Source of the DNA: Candidatus Scatocola faecigallinarum
GTDB lineage: Bacteria; Pseudomonadota; Alphaproteobacteria; RF32; CAG-239
Assembly: GCA_018713605.1 (NCBI GenBank)
Contig: DVOM01000024.1
Coordinates: forward strand, 7,509-71,508
DNA: 64,000 nt
Reading direction: 5' to 3'
The translations under genes and the position numbers were made by a program. Positions 10,089 to 19,219 of the stretch are shown here, in pieces; positions within the stretch are counted from its first letter, which is position 1, and each line of letters opens with the position of its first letter. Below the pieces are notes generated by a model, which was given only the letters and a program-made list of their open reading frames with translations, had not been told where the DNA came from and did no database searches.

Positions 10089-10529
10089 TTAGGCTAAGTC
10101 CTTGACCATACGGGCAAAAGTGATGCCCTGATCTTCGAAGATTTCGCCTTCCTGACGATAGCCCATTTTTTCGTAAAAGTTGACGACCGAGAGCATGGCA
10201 TGCATGACAAGGCGTGAATAGCCGGCTTCTCTGGCGCGTTTTTCGGCGTATTTTACCATTTCGCGGCCAATGCCTTCGCCCTGATAACGGTTGTCGACAG
10301 CAACCTGCATCATGCGGATTTCTTCGTTGTTGACCGGTGCCAGAATCAGTCCGCCGACCAAGGCGTCGTCCAGGCTTTCGATGCAGCCGATGTGAAGATA
10401 GCCGGCTTCCTTGTCGCGGTGCATGTCCAGAAATTTGAGACCCAGCGGCTCGAGAAGGACTTTGTAGCGGAGTTCGACCAAGTCGTCATAGCGGGAAGAT
10501 CCGAACGGAATGTCAATCATTTTTTTCAT
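10089..10529 (-). CDS. GNAT-family N-acetyltransferase
   Basis: The motif MQVAVDNRYQGEGIGREMVKYAEKRAREAGY is the acetyl-CoA binding Q/RxxGxG/A motif. The AAGGAGGG SD precedes the ATG at 10529. Confidence 0.8.
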   Translation of the reverse strand: MKKMIDIPFGSSRYDDLVELRYKVLLEPLGLKFLDMHRDKEAGYLHIGCIESLDDALVGGLILAPVNNEEIRMMQVAVDNRYQGEGIGREMVKYAEKRAREAGYSRLVMHAMLSVVNFYEKMGYRQEGEIFEDQGITFARMVKDLA

Positions 10530-10661
10530 GGCGCCCTCCTTAGCTGGTTTCTTCCTATTATAAGCACAAATTGATAATTCAATCAATATTATATTGCTTA
10601 ATCCGAGATTTTCATTTATCTATTACTCAAGAAAAATTTTTAAACGGAAACAGTAAAAAAG

Positions 10662-12467
10662 ATGACAACCGATTTGAATTTAATCAGAAACTTTGCCATT
10701 ATTGCCCATATTGACCATGGAAAGTCGACGCTGGCGGACCGCATGATTGAATACTGCGGCGGACTTGAACGCCGCGAAATGACCGAGCAGGTGCTGGACT
10801 CCATGGACATCGAAAAAGAGCGCGGCATTACTATCAAGGCGCAGACCGTGCGGCTGAACTATAAGGCCGACGACGGCAAAACCTATCAGTTAAATCTGAT
10901 GGATACGCCGGGACATGTGGACTTTTCTTACGAGGTTTCGCGTTCGCTGGCTTCCTGTGAGGGATCGGTGCTGGTGGTGGATGCAACTCAGGGCGTCGAA
11001 GCGCAGACATTGGCTAACGTATATCTGGCGCTGGACAACAATCATGAAATCGTTCCGGTGTTAAACAAGGTTGATTTGCCTTCCGCGGATGCGGCGCGGG
11101 TCAAGCAGCAGATTGAAGACGTCATCGGGCTGGATGCGTCCGACGCGGTAGAAACTTCCGGCAAGACCGGTCTGGGCGTGAAGGATCTGCTTGAGGCGAT
11201 TGTTCATCGGCTCCCTGCGCCGCAGGGCAGTGCCGAAGCGCCGTTGCAGGCGCTGCTGATTGACAGCTGGTATGATCCGTATTTGGGCGTGGTAATTCTG
11301 GTGCGGATTAAGGACGGCGTGCTGAAAAAGAAAATGCAGATAAGGATGATGAGCAGCAACGCGACTTATCAGGTGGAAAAAGTCGGTATTTTTACGCCGA
11401 AAATGCAGGACATTGAGGCGCTGTATCCGGGGGAGGTCGGTTTTCTGACCGCGAGCATCAAGAGTGTCAGCGACTGCCGGGTCGGCGATACGATTACCGA
11501 CAACAAAAATCCCTGCGCCGCGCCTCTGCACGGGTTTAAGCCGTCGGTGCCGGTCGTGTTCTGTTCGATTTTTCCGGTTGACAGCAGTCAGTACGAGAGT
11601 TTGAAAGACGCTTTGGCCAAGCTGAAGCTCAACGATGCGAGCATTGACTATCAGAACGAAAATTCGGCCGCTCTGGGGTTGGGGTTCCGCTGTGGTTTTC
11701 TCGGGCTGCTGCATATGGAAATTATTCAGGAGCGGCTGGGGCGCGAGTTTGATCTTGACCTGATTACGACGGCACCCTCGGTGGCTTATAAAATCCACAT
11801 GACCAACGGCGAAACGATAACGCTGCACAATCCGGCCGATATGCCTGATTTGTCGCAGGTGGCGTCGATTGAGGAGCCGATGGTCAAGGCGACGATTATG
11901 GTGCCGGACGAATATCTGGGTGCGGTTCTCAAACTCTGTACCGAACGCCGCGGCGAACAGCATGAGCTGACCTATGTCGGCAGCCGGGCTATGGTGGTTT
12001 ATCAGATTCCGCTGAACGAAATCGTTTTTGACTTTTATGACCGTCTGAAATCGATTACCAGCGGTTATGCCAGCTTTGACTATGAGCTGACCGGCTATGA
12101 GGAATCCGACCTGGTTAAAGTGCAGATTCTGATTAACGAAGAACCGGTTGACGCGCTGGCGTTTCTTTGTCACCGTTCGGAAGCGGAATCGCGCGGACGG
12201 CAGATTTGCGAGCGTCTGAAAGATCTGATTCCGCGGCATTTGTTCAAAATTCCGATTCAGGCGGCCATCGGCGGGCGCGTGGTGGCGCGCGAAACGATTT
12301 CAGCGCTGCGCAAAGACGTGACGGCCAAGTGTTACGGCGGTGACGTTACCCGTAAGCGCAAGCTGTTGGACAAGCAGAAAAAAGGCAAGCTCAGAATGCG
12401 CCAGTTCGGCAAGGTTGAAGTTCCCCAATCGGCGTTTATTGAGGCTTTGCGTATCGGCGACAAGTAA
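10662..12467 (+). CDS. lepA: Elongation factor 4 (LepA)
   Basis: 601 aa with [32 protein letters not shown] and the LepA C-terminal domain. Confidence 0.95.
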   Translation: MTTDLNLIRNFAIIAHIDHGKSTLADRMIEYCGGLERREMTEQVLDSMDIEKERGITIKAQTVRLNYKADDGKTYQLNLMDTPGHVDFSYEVSRSLASCEGSVLVVDATQGVEAQTLANVYLALDNNHEIVPVLNKVDLPSADAARVKQQIEDVIGLDASDAVETSGKTGLGVKDLLEAIVHRLPAPQGSAEAPLQALLIDSWYDPYLGVVILVRIKDGVLKKKMQIRMMSSNATYQVEKVGIFTPKMQDIEALYPGEVGFLTASIKSVSDCRVGDTITDNKNPCAAPLHGFKPSVPVVFCSIFPVDSSQYESLKDALAKLKLNDASIDYQNENSAALGLGFRCGFLGLLHMEIIQERLGREFDLDLITTAPSVAYKIHMTNGETITLHNPADMPDLSQVASIEEPMVKATIMVPDEYLGAVLKLCTERRGEQHELTYVGSRAMVVYQIPLNEIVFDFYDRLKSITSGYASFDYELTGYEESDLVKVQILINEEPVDALAFLCHRSEAESRGRQICERLKDLIPRHLFKIPIQAAIGGRVVARETISALRKDVTAKCYGGDVTRKRKLLDKQKKGKLRMRQFGKVEVPQSAFIEALRIGDK

Positions 12468-12592
12468 AAACCTCGTATAACGGGGAACTAATACAGGATT
12501 AGCGGGTAATAAAATTATTTCTCTTACACTCCGGGCTTTTTGCGAAATCTGTATAACGGAGGACTAATACGAAATGTCGGGGAGGTAAGTGT

Positions 12593-13051
12593 TCAGACAA
12601 AGCGGAGGGCATCGAGTGCTCCTTGCAGAATGTAGGCGGCGGCAGAAGAATCGAGAACTTTGCGGCGTTTGCTTCGGGACATGTCGACTTCTTTAATCAG
12701 AAAGTTTTCCATGGCTGATGACGATAATCTTTCGTCCCAGAAAAAGACCGGCAGGCCGGTTGCTTTTTGCAGCTTTTCGGCAAAGGCGCGGACTTCTTTG
12801 GCGATTTCTCCCTCTTCGCCGTTCATTTGCAGGGGCAGGCCGAAGACCATGCCGCCGATTTCCTTTTCCGACAGGATTTGGCTGATTTCGGCCAGATCTT
12901 TTTCCCAGCTGCCGCGCTGGATGATTTTATGTGACGTGGCAACGGTCAGCAGCAGGTCGGAGACGGCGACGCCGAGACGTTTGGCGCCGTAGTCGAAACC
13001 GATGAGCGCCCGGTAGGGTTTAAGGGCTGATTTAAATTCGCGGATATCCAA
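12593..13051 (-). CDS. ruvX: Holliday junction resolvase-like / pre-16S rRNA nuclease YqgF
   Basis: 152 aa, GFDYGAKRLGVAVSD ... GLPLQMNGEEGE ... DERLSS, the YqgF pattern. Confidence 0.85.
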   Translation of the reverse strand: MDIREFKSALKPYRALIGFDYGAKRLGVAVSDLLLTVATSHKIIQRGSWEKDLAEISQILSEKEIGGMVFGLPLQMNGEEGEIAKEVRAFAEKLQKATGLPVFFWDERLSSSAMENFLIKEVDMSRSKRRKVLDSSAAAYILQGALDALRFV

Positions 13052-13159
13052 GTCTTACCTCTTTTAATTCTTAAAAATACAGCTATTTGCTAATTGATTT
13101 TTAAGAATATTATACTACTATTCTGCTCAAGTAAAATTCTTTTTCTCATAGGTGATATA

Positions 13160-14473
13160 ATGAAATTAAAATATATTTTAGCCCTCGTTATGTGTTTGGT
13201 CGTAACCCCGGCTAAAGCCGAACTGCAAATCGACGTCAACGGCGCAATGCGTGATCCGCTGCCGCTGGCTTTTCCCGAGATGATTCACGAAGGTTTCTGG
13301 GTTGGCCAGTATGCCGGCAAAATCCGCAGCGTGGTTATCGCGGATTTGGAGCGTTCGGGGCTGTTCCGCATTATTCCCGAAAACAGCTATATTCAGGAGC
13401 TTACTTCGGTGGACGAGCAGCCGAACTTTGTTGACTGGAAGGCAATTAATGCGCATGCTCTGGTACAGAGTGCCGTCAAGGAAGTGAATCCGAACACGCT
13501 GCGGGTCGAGTTTCGCCTGTGGGACGTTTATGCCGAGAATCAGCTCAAAGGTCAGTCTTTTACCACAACCAAAGACAACTGGCGCCGGGTAGCCCATGTG
13601 ATTGCCGACGCCATTTATGAGCGCCTGACCGGCGAGAAGGGTTATTTTGACACCCGGATTGTTTATGTTTCCGAAACCGGGCCGGCGACCAAGCGCGTCA
13701 AGCGGCTGGCGATTATGGATCAGGACGGCGAAAACCACAAGTTTTTGACTTCCGGCGCCGCGATGGCTCTCACGCCGCGTTTTTCGCCGAATCTGCAGAA
13801 AGTGACCTATATGTCTTATGCCGGTTCCATGCCGAAAGTTTATATTCTGGATATTGAAACCGGCCGTCAGGAACTGCTGGGATCTTTTCCGGGCATGACC
13901 TTTGCGCCGCGTTTTTCTCCGGACAGCAGCAAGGTTCTGCTGAGCTATGCGAACAACGGCCGCACCAATATCTACGAGATGGATTTAAAACGCCGCACCA
14001 GCAAACAGCTGACTTCAGGTCCGGCCATTGATACGTCGCCGAGCTATTCGCCCGACGGCAGCCAGATTGTGTTTAACTCCGACCGCGGCGGCAATCAGCA
14101 GCTTTATGTTATGAATGCCGACGGTTCCGACGTGCACCGTATCAGTTTCGGTACCGGGCGTTATGCGACGCCGGTGTGGTCGCCGCGCGGCGATTATATC
14201 GCCTTTACGAAAATGGCCAACGGTCAGTTCTATATCGGCGTTATGTATCCGGACGGCAGCGGCGAGCGTTTGCTGGCCAGCGGCTATCTGGTCGAAGGGC
14301 CGACCTGGTCGCCGAACGGCCGCGTGTTGATGTATTTCCGCCAGGATAAGGGGAATTCTCGCAGCAATGCGCCGGTCAAGCTGTATTCAATCGATTTGAC
14401 CGGATATAACGAGCGGATGATTGTGACGCCGGCCGAGGCTTCAGATCCGGCCTGGTCGCCGCTGTTGCCCTGA
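13160..14473 (+). CDS. tolB: Tol-Pal system beta-propeller protein TolB
   Basis: Signal peptide [20 protein letters not shown]. Repeated [27 protein letters not shown] propeller motifs. Confidence 0.9.
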   Translation: MKLKYILALVMCLVVTPAKAELQIDVNGAMRDPLPLAFPEMIHEGFWVGQYAGKIRSVVIADLERSGLFRIIPENSYIQELTSVDEQPNFVDWKAINAHALVQSAVKEVNPNTLRVEFRLWDVYAENQLKGQSFTTTKDNWRRVAHVIADAIYERLTGEKGYFDTRIVYVSETGPATKRVKRLAIMDQDGENHKFLTSGAAMALTPRFSPNLQKVTYMSYAGSMPKVYILDIETGRQELLGSFPGMTFAPRFSPDSSKVLLSYANNGRTNIYEMDLKRRTSKQLTSGPAIDTSPSYSPDGSQIVFNSDRGGNQQLYVMNADGSDVHRISFGTGRYATPVWSPRGDYIAFTKMANGQFYIGVMYPDGSGERLLASGYLVEGPTWSPNGRVLMYFRQDKGNSRSNAPVKLYSIDLTGYNERMIVTPAEASDPAWSPLLP

Positions 14474-14480
14474 TTTGCAG

Positions 14481-14508
14481 AAAAGCCCCTCAAAAGAGGG
14501 GTTTTTTC
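14481..14508 (+). terminator. Rho-independent terminator of tolB
   Basis: CCCCTC-AAAA-GAGGGG followed by TTTTTT. Confidence 0.8.
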
Positions 14509-14775
14509 TTTGTCATGTTCGGCCTTGAGCCGGACATCTCCCCTACAGATTCCCCGGTCAAGCCGGGGAATGACGAAAAAGAAAAAAAGCCGGGCAATGA
14601 CAGTATCATTTTCTTTCCCCTGTTACCCTCGGGCTTGTCCCGGGGTCTCTGGATTGCCGTGTGTAAATTCCCAACTACGTTGGGCCCCTTTCGTTCCGTA
14701 AGCCTCGAATTTCGCTTATAGCTCGTTCTCGCCAACTATCGACTCCAAGTCCGGCAATGACGATATTATTTTTTT
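14509..14775. repeat. Cluster of short palindromic repeat units (GTCAT..CCGG-loop-CCGG..ATGAC family)
   Basis: Units present include TGTCATGTTCGGCCTTGAGCCGGACATCTCCCC, AGATTCCCCGGTCAAGCCGGGGAATGAC, GCCGGGCAATGACAG and TCCGGCAATGACG. Related copies occur at 33181-33330, 34461-34600 and 39010-39200. Confidence 0.8.
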
Positions 14776-14802
14776 GTTTGACTTGCAATCACGGGGCTTT
14801 TT

Positions 14803-15030
14803 TCATATCAGGCTGATTTTGACGGTTTTGCCGTAGGCTTTGGCCAGCTGGTGCAGATGGCCGATGTCAACCGGTTTGATGACGACTTCCAGCAAGTCGA
14901 TAATATTGGCCGGAATGCCGGACAGCTTTTCAACCTGTGTCAGCGATAAATGCGCGCTGATGCGGGCTTCGCGCAGCTGGCGGGCAATGCCGTTCCTGAT
15001 TTTGATGATTTCGTGGTTTTTGGTTGCCAT
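14803..15030 (-). CDS. Small XRE-family helix-turn-helix protein
   Basis: 75 aa, LREARISAHLSLTQVEKLSGIPANIIDLLE is HTH-like. The AAGGAG SD precedes the ATG at 15030. The longer ORF-track start crosses a terminator hairpin. Confidence 0.65.
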   Translation of the reverse strand: MATKNHEIIKIRNGIARQLREARISAHLSLTQVEKLSGIPANIIDLLEVVIKPVDIGHLHQLAKAYGKTVKISLI

Positions 15031-15057
15031 TATGTTCAACTCCTTCAATGTTTTGTT

Positions 15058-15236
15058 AAAACAAAACCACCTTACTTGACGGTAAGGTGGGAGGAGTTGG
15101 AAACTGTATAGAGACAGTACGCTTATTCGCCCGCAAAGCGGCTTATCTCGCGTCATCCTCCACAAAGGAGGTTATAATCGGTTCTCTATAAGGAGTTTCC
15201 ACACTCCGCCGCCGGTTTAACCGTTTCCGTCGGCAG
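15058..15236 (-). ncRNA. Candidate structured small RNA or cis-regulatory leader, family unknown
   Basis: It lies between a near-consensus promoter and an intrinsic terminator on the minus strand. Long-range pairing joins GGAAACTGTATAGAGA (15099-15114) to TCTCTATAAGGAGTTTCC (15183-15200) and encloses two small hairpins. CU-rich CCUCC and CUCCUCCCA motifs are present. Confidence 0.45.
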
Positions 15237-15241
15237 AAATG

Positions 15242-15269
15242 ATTATAAGCGGTAATTTCTAATTTGCAA
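15242..15269 (-). promoter_or_regulatory. Sigma70-like promoter TTGCAA-N16-TATAAT (minus strand)
   Basis: -35 at 15269-15264 and -10 at 15247-15242, immediately after the ampD stop. Confidence 0.5.
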
Positions 15270-15277
15270 TGAAGATT

Positions 15278-16009
15278 TTAAGACTTACCGGCATAGCTGT
15301 AGGCGACGGCTTTAAGCGTGCGGATAAACTTTTCGCCTTGCAGAAGTTCCCGTCGGCCGATCGGGTAGACATTGTCGACCAGATGTTTTATATCCGGGTC
15401 TACGGCAACTTCTTGCGGCAGGAAACGACGGCGGAAAGCATAAGCCGAGGCGATGGTCTTTTCCTCGTCACGAGTGTCATAGCCGATGATTTTCAGAAGC
15501 TCGGTCGGGTCGTCAACGCCGATTTTTTCGGCATTGCGGAGCTGATACCATAAACCGATGCCTTCGCGCGCCAGACGTTTCCACGGAAAACGAATGCCGG
15601 GATCCGGTTTGCGTGTGGGGGCAATATCAGAATGGGCGACGATGCGGCGCGGGTCAAGGTTGTATTTTTTTATCAGTTTGCGGCAGAAGGGAATCAGCTT
15701 TTCAATCTGAGCTTCGGCAAAGTCCTGCTGTCCCAGGCTCAGATTGCCGATTTCAATGCCGATTGAATGCGAATTCAAATCCGTGTCAATCCCTTGCCAA
15801 TAGCCGGCTCCGGCATGCCAGGCACGTTTTGGTTCATCGACCATGCGGGTAATCCTGCCGTTGAGGTCGACGAAGTAGTGGCAGCTCAGTTCCAGTTTGT
15901 CGAGACTTTCAAAAACTTCGTCGGCGTCGGCGTGACAGGTGGCGTGAAGCACGAGCATGTCGACCGGCGTTCGGCGTTCGTTGTAGTGGGGAAGAAAGCA
16001 TTCCTGCAT
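15278..16009 (-). CDS. ampD: N-acetylmuramoyl-L-alanine amidase (AmpD/amidase_2 type)
   Basis: 243 aa. The motifs LVLHAT ... AWHAGAGYW ... NSHSIGIEI ... IVAHSDIAPTRKPDPG are typical of amidase_2. Confidence 0.8.
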   Translation of the reverse strand: MQECFLPHYNERRTPVDMLVLHATCHADADEVFESLDKLELSCHYFVDLNGRITRMVDEPKRAWHAGAGYWQGIDTDLNSHSIGIEIGNLSLGQQDFAEAQIEKLIPFCRKLIKKYNLDPRRIVAHSDIAPTRKPDPGIRFPWKRLAREGIGLWYQLRNAEKIGVDDPTELLKIIGYDTRDEEKTIASAYAFRRRFLPQEVAVDPDIKHLVDNVYPIGRRELLQGEKFIRTLKAVAYSYAGKS

Positions 16010-16018
16010 CGGCGGTTC

Positions 16019-17191
16019 CTAAATGGTCTTGCGGCTTTTCATGATATTTTGATAAGCATTGTTGATTTCGGCCATTTTGAGCGTATAGGCCTCGATGGTG
16101 CCGCGGTCGGCGCCGTTGGCCTGTGCACGGTCGGGATGATACAGGTTAATCAGTTCTTTCCAGCGGCGTTTGATTTCGCAGTTGCTGGCGTTGCAGAAAA
16201 CGCCGAGCACCTGATAACAGTCATTCAGCGAAGAGGCCTGGGTGCGGATTTCGAAATTCTGGCGAATGGCTTCGAAATTGCCGTCGGGAAGTTCGATGAT
16301 GGTTGCTACCGAACGGATAATGCCGAGTTCGGCATCGCCGAAACGACCGTCGGCCACGGCGATTTTGAATAGGTTTTCAACGATGCTTTCCTGCAGGTTG
16401 AGGTCGTCTTTGGCCAACAGGCGCAGCTGAAATGCATAGGGTTCAAAGTTGTCGGCAGTTTGTTTGGCTTCGTTGAAAATGCGGGCGAGTTTGTCGTTGC
16501 TGCCGGCGGTAATGTCAAAAATCTTTTTGAAAGCGCGGATTTCGTTTTCGCTGACCTGTCCGTCGGCCTTGGCAACTTTTGCCGACAGTCCGGCCATGGA
16601 CTGAATCAGCGAAACCTTGCGGGCTTCGGCGGAATGCAGCGCCAGCTTGAGCGGATTTATTCTGGCCCAGAAACCGAGCAGGCGGTTGATTTTCAGCTTG
16701 CTGCGCCAGGTGCCTTCCAGCCGGTAGAGATCGGCGAAAAAGCCGATAATGATGCCGGCAAACAACACAATCCGGCTGTGCAGCGAAAAGCCGAGAATGA
16801 AGCCGAAGATTTTTCCCCAATGGCGGTTCCAGAAATGTTCAAAGCCTTTTTTTGCATCTTTGACCAGGGCGTTGCCACGGACGTCGAACAGGATGTGTCC
16901 GAGAATGAACAGGGTTATAAAGCCGCCCCAGCCGAAAGCTGCCGCGCCGAGCAGCGCTCCCCAGACTTTGCCGAACAGGTTGTCGTCAAGCCGACTGTAA
17001 TATTTGTAAAAGCCATAGGGAAGCAGCAGACGGACATTGTCGTCCAGTTCGCTCAGGCGGTTCTCAATCCATTTGCCGACCAGCGAACGGTCAATCAGCA
17101 GATGGCCGAGGAACATTCCCCAGAAAAAACCGGCGGCGCCGAACAAGCGCAGCCCGATGACAGATAACGTGAATTTGCCCAGCGGTGCCAT
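16019..17191 (-). CDS. djlA: DjlA-like membrane co-chaperone (TerB-like domain plus C-terminal J domain)
   Basis: 390 aa with N-terminal TM segments. The C-terminal J domain is YQVLGVFCNASNCEIKRRWKELINLYHPDR, containing HPD. Confidence 0.7.
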   Translation of the reverse strand: MAPLGKFTLSVIGLRLFGAAGFFWGMFLGHLLIDRSLVGKWIENRLSELDDNVRLLLPYGFYKYYSRLDDNLFGKVWGALLGAAAFGWGGFITLFILGHILFDVRGNALVKDAKKGFEHFWNRHWGKIFGFILGFSLHSRIVLFAGIIIGFFADLYRLEGTWRSKLKINRLLGFWARINPLKLALHSAEARKVSLIQSMAGLSAKVAKADGQVSENEIRAFKKIFDITAGSNDKLARIFNEAKQTADNFEPYAFQLRLLAKDDLNLQESIVENLFKIAVADGRFGDAELGIIRSVATIIELPDGNFEAIRQNFEIRTQASSLNDCYQVLGVFCNASNCEIKRRWKELINLYHPDRAQANGADRGTIEAYTLKMAEINNAYQNIMKSRKTI

Positions 17192-17255
17192 AAACTTTCT
17201 TCTTAACGGTTAATGATGGCTCATAATAGCTTAAATTTCCCGGAAAATAAAGCTC

Positions 17256-18011
17256 TTATAAAGTTATGGTTGATAACTGCACCGGAAAGTCGGCAGGGCG
17301 TGTTATGCGGCTGAGGCGGCATTCGCGGCGGTAGCTGAAATAGTCCGGGTCGGTGAAGGTGTCGATACCGGAGGCGGCAATGTTTTCAATGCCGAATTTG
17401 CGCAGACGGAAGAGCAGGTACTGTTCCATGTCAAAAAGATAACATTCGGTGCCGGCCGGCGTGAAAAAACTTTGGTTTTCCGGATCCTGCGCGAGGAACT
17501 CGCTGAGCATGTCGGTCCGGGTCTCAAAAGATTTTTTTTGCAGGCAGGGGCCGACGGCCGCGGCAATATGTTTTAATTCGGCGCCGTGTTGCAGCATCAG
17601 AGCCAGCGTGTTCTCCATAATGCCGCGCACCGCGCCGCGCCAGCCGGCGTGCGCGGCGCCGATGACGCCGTTTTTGAAGTCGGCAAACAAAACCGGTGCG
17701 CAGTCGGCGGTTGTTATGCCGAGCAGAATTCCGGGCCTGTCCGTTACAAAACCGTCGGCCTCAATCCGGTGCAGCGAAGGGGCGTCTGTATATTCGGCAT
17801 GGCCGGTTACGCCCTGACAGGGAAAAGCGGCGGCAGCTGCCGCCATCCCGAAAGTGCTGGCGGCAATGTTGATATTTTGTCTGATGTTTTCCGGGGCATC
17901 GGCACTTTTGCGGTTGACGTTCAAGCTTTCGTAACGGCTGTTTGAAACGCCGCCGTGACGGTCGAAAAAGCGGTGTTTGTCCGCCGGCAGGTTGGGCGCG
18001 TTCCAGCTCAT
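17256..18011 (-). CDS. pgeF: YfiH/PgeF family (laccase-domain) purine nucleoside-processing enzyme
   Basis: 251 aa. GFVTDRPGILLGITTADCAPVLF ... AAHAGWRGA ... GPC match the YfiH pattern. Its start overlaps the deoB stop by 4 nt. Confidence 0.8.
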   Translation of the reverse strand: MSWNAPNLPADKHRFFDRHGGVSNSRYESLNVNRKSADAPENIRQNINIAASTFGMAAAAAAFPCQGVTGHAEYTDAPSLHRIEADGFVTDRPGILLGITTADCAPVLFADFKNGVIGAAHAGWRGAVRGIMENTLALMLQHGAELKHIAAAVGPCLQKKSFETRTDMLSEFLAQDPENQSFFTPAGTECYLFDMEQYLLFRLRKFGIENIAASGIDTFTDPDYFSYRRECRLSRITRPADFPVQLSTITL

Positions 18012-19204
18012 TTCAAAAAGCTTTCGCCGTAAGCGAGCGGAGCAATGTCCAAAAAGGCGGCAATGCTTTGACCGAGGTCGGCATAGGAGGCGCGTCGTCC
18101 GAGACTGCGGGGAGCGACTTGGCGGCCGAACATGAGCACCGGCACCTGCTCGCGGGTGTGGTCGGTTCCTTCATAGGTTGGGTCGTTGCCGTGGTCGGCG
18201 GTGATGAACAGCAGGTCGTCATCGCGAATGTGCGGCAGAATCTCAGGCAGGCGCGAATCGAAATATTCCAGCCCTTCGGCATAGCCTTTGACATTGCGGC
18301 GATGGCCCCAGAGCATGTCAAAGTCTTCAAAATTGGTAAAAATCAGACTGTTGTCCGGTGCGGTTCGTAAGGCGCCGAGGGTCAGGTTCCAAAGCTCTTC
18401 CAAACCGGCGCCGTGGATTTCTTCGGTAATGCCGCGGTGCGCATAAATGTCATTGATTGCGCCGATGGCAAAGACATCGCGCCCGGCGGCTTTCAGTCGG
18501 TCGAGCAGCGTGTCGCCGAAAGGTTGCGCGGTGTAATCGCGGCGGAATTTGGTGCGGGTAAAGCTTCCGGCTTTTTCGCCGATGAACGGGCGGGCGATAA
18601 TACGGCCGATATTATACGGCTGTACATACCGGTAAGCAATCTGGCACAGTTCGTACAGACGCTCCAGCCCGAAATGCTCCTGATGGGCGGCAATTTGCAG
18701 GTTGCTGTCGGCTGAGGTGTAGAAAATCGGTTTGCCGGTGGCAATGTGTTCTTCGCCCAGCTCCTGAATAATTACGGTTCCTGAAGCGGCTTTGTTGCCG
18801 AGGATGCCGTCAAGACCGGCTTCGGCGCAGATGCCGGCAACCAGGCCGGCCGGGAAAGACGGGTAAGCCGGCGGAAAGTGTCCCCAGCCCTTGAGGTTGG
18901 GCAGGCCGGCCAGTTCCCAGTGTCCGGAAACGGTGTCTTTGTCGGCGCTGATTTCGCGCATGCAGCCCCAGGCGGAGGGAAGGCCGAGCCGGCTTTCCGC
19001 CTGAACGGAAAGTGCCGTTTGGCGGCCGGTTGCCAGTTCCGAGGCTTTGCAAAGTCCGAGGCCGGCCAGGTTAGGAATCTTCATGTCCGGACAGGCGGCG
19101 GCAATGTGGCCGAAAGTGTCGGCTCCGTCATTGCTGAATTTTCCGGCATCCGGCGCTCCGCCGATACCGAAGGAATCCATCATCAAAATTACGGCGCGTC
19201 CCAT
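18008..19204 (-). CDS. deoB: Phosphopentomutase
   Basis: 398 aa, RAVILMMDSFGIGGAPDA ... GHWE ... TADHGNDPT, the DeoB pattern. Confidence 0.9.
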   Translation of the reverse strand: MGRAVILMMDSFGIGGAPDAGKFSNDGADTFGHIAAACPDMKIPNLAGLGLCKASELATGRQTALSVQAESRLGLPSAWGCMREISADKDTVSGHWELAGLPNLKGWGHFPPAYPSFPAGLVAGICAEAGLDGILGNKAASGTVIIQELGEEHIATGKPIFYTSADSNLQIAAHQEHFGLERLYELCQIAYRYVQPYNIGRIIARPFIGEKAGSFTRTKFRRDYTAQPFGDTLLDRLKAAGRDVFAIGAINDIYAHRGITEEIHGAGLEELWNLTLGALRTAPDNSLIFTNFEDFDMLWGHRRNVKGYAEGLEYFDSRLPEILPHIRDDDLLFITADHGNDPTYEGTDHTREQVPVLMFGRQVAPRSLGRRASYADLGQSIAAFLDIAPLAYGESFLK

Positions 19205-19219
19205 TTTGTTCTCCTTGTG

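Noticed and set aside
14490-14735. Short ORFs spanning the palindromic repeat clusters: 14490..14735, 14510..14701, 14515..14721, 33184..33378, 33308..33676 and 38882..39328
   Set aside because: They are created by the repeat units themselves, read in several frames and on both strands. They have no SD, and equivalent 'proteins' appear wherever the repeat occurs.
14803-15165. A 120-aa version of the XRE ORF, and a toxin-antitoxin interpretation
   Set aside because: The 45-codon N-terminal extension runs through the intrinsic terminator hairpin and has no SD, whereas the internal ATG at 15030 has AAGGAG. No small toxin-like ORF is adjacent on either side, so a TA module is not supported.
15058-15236. 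Whether the structured RNA is tmRNA, SRP (4.5S) RNA, 6S RNA or RNase P RNA
   Set aside because: I found none of the expected features: no tRNA-like acceptor/T-arm or tag-peptide frame ending in AA-stop; no SRP domain IV motif (GGAA..AGCA-type symmetric loop); no long 6S-type central bubble. The length is also far too short for RNase P. It is kept only as an unknown-family candidate.
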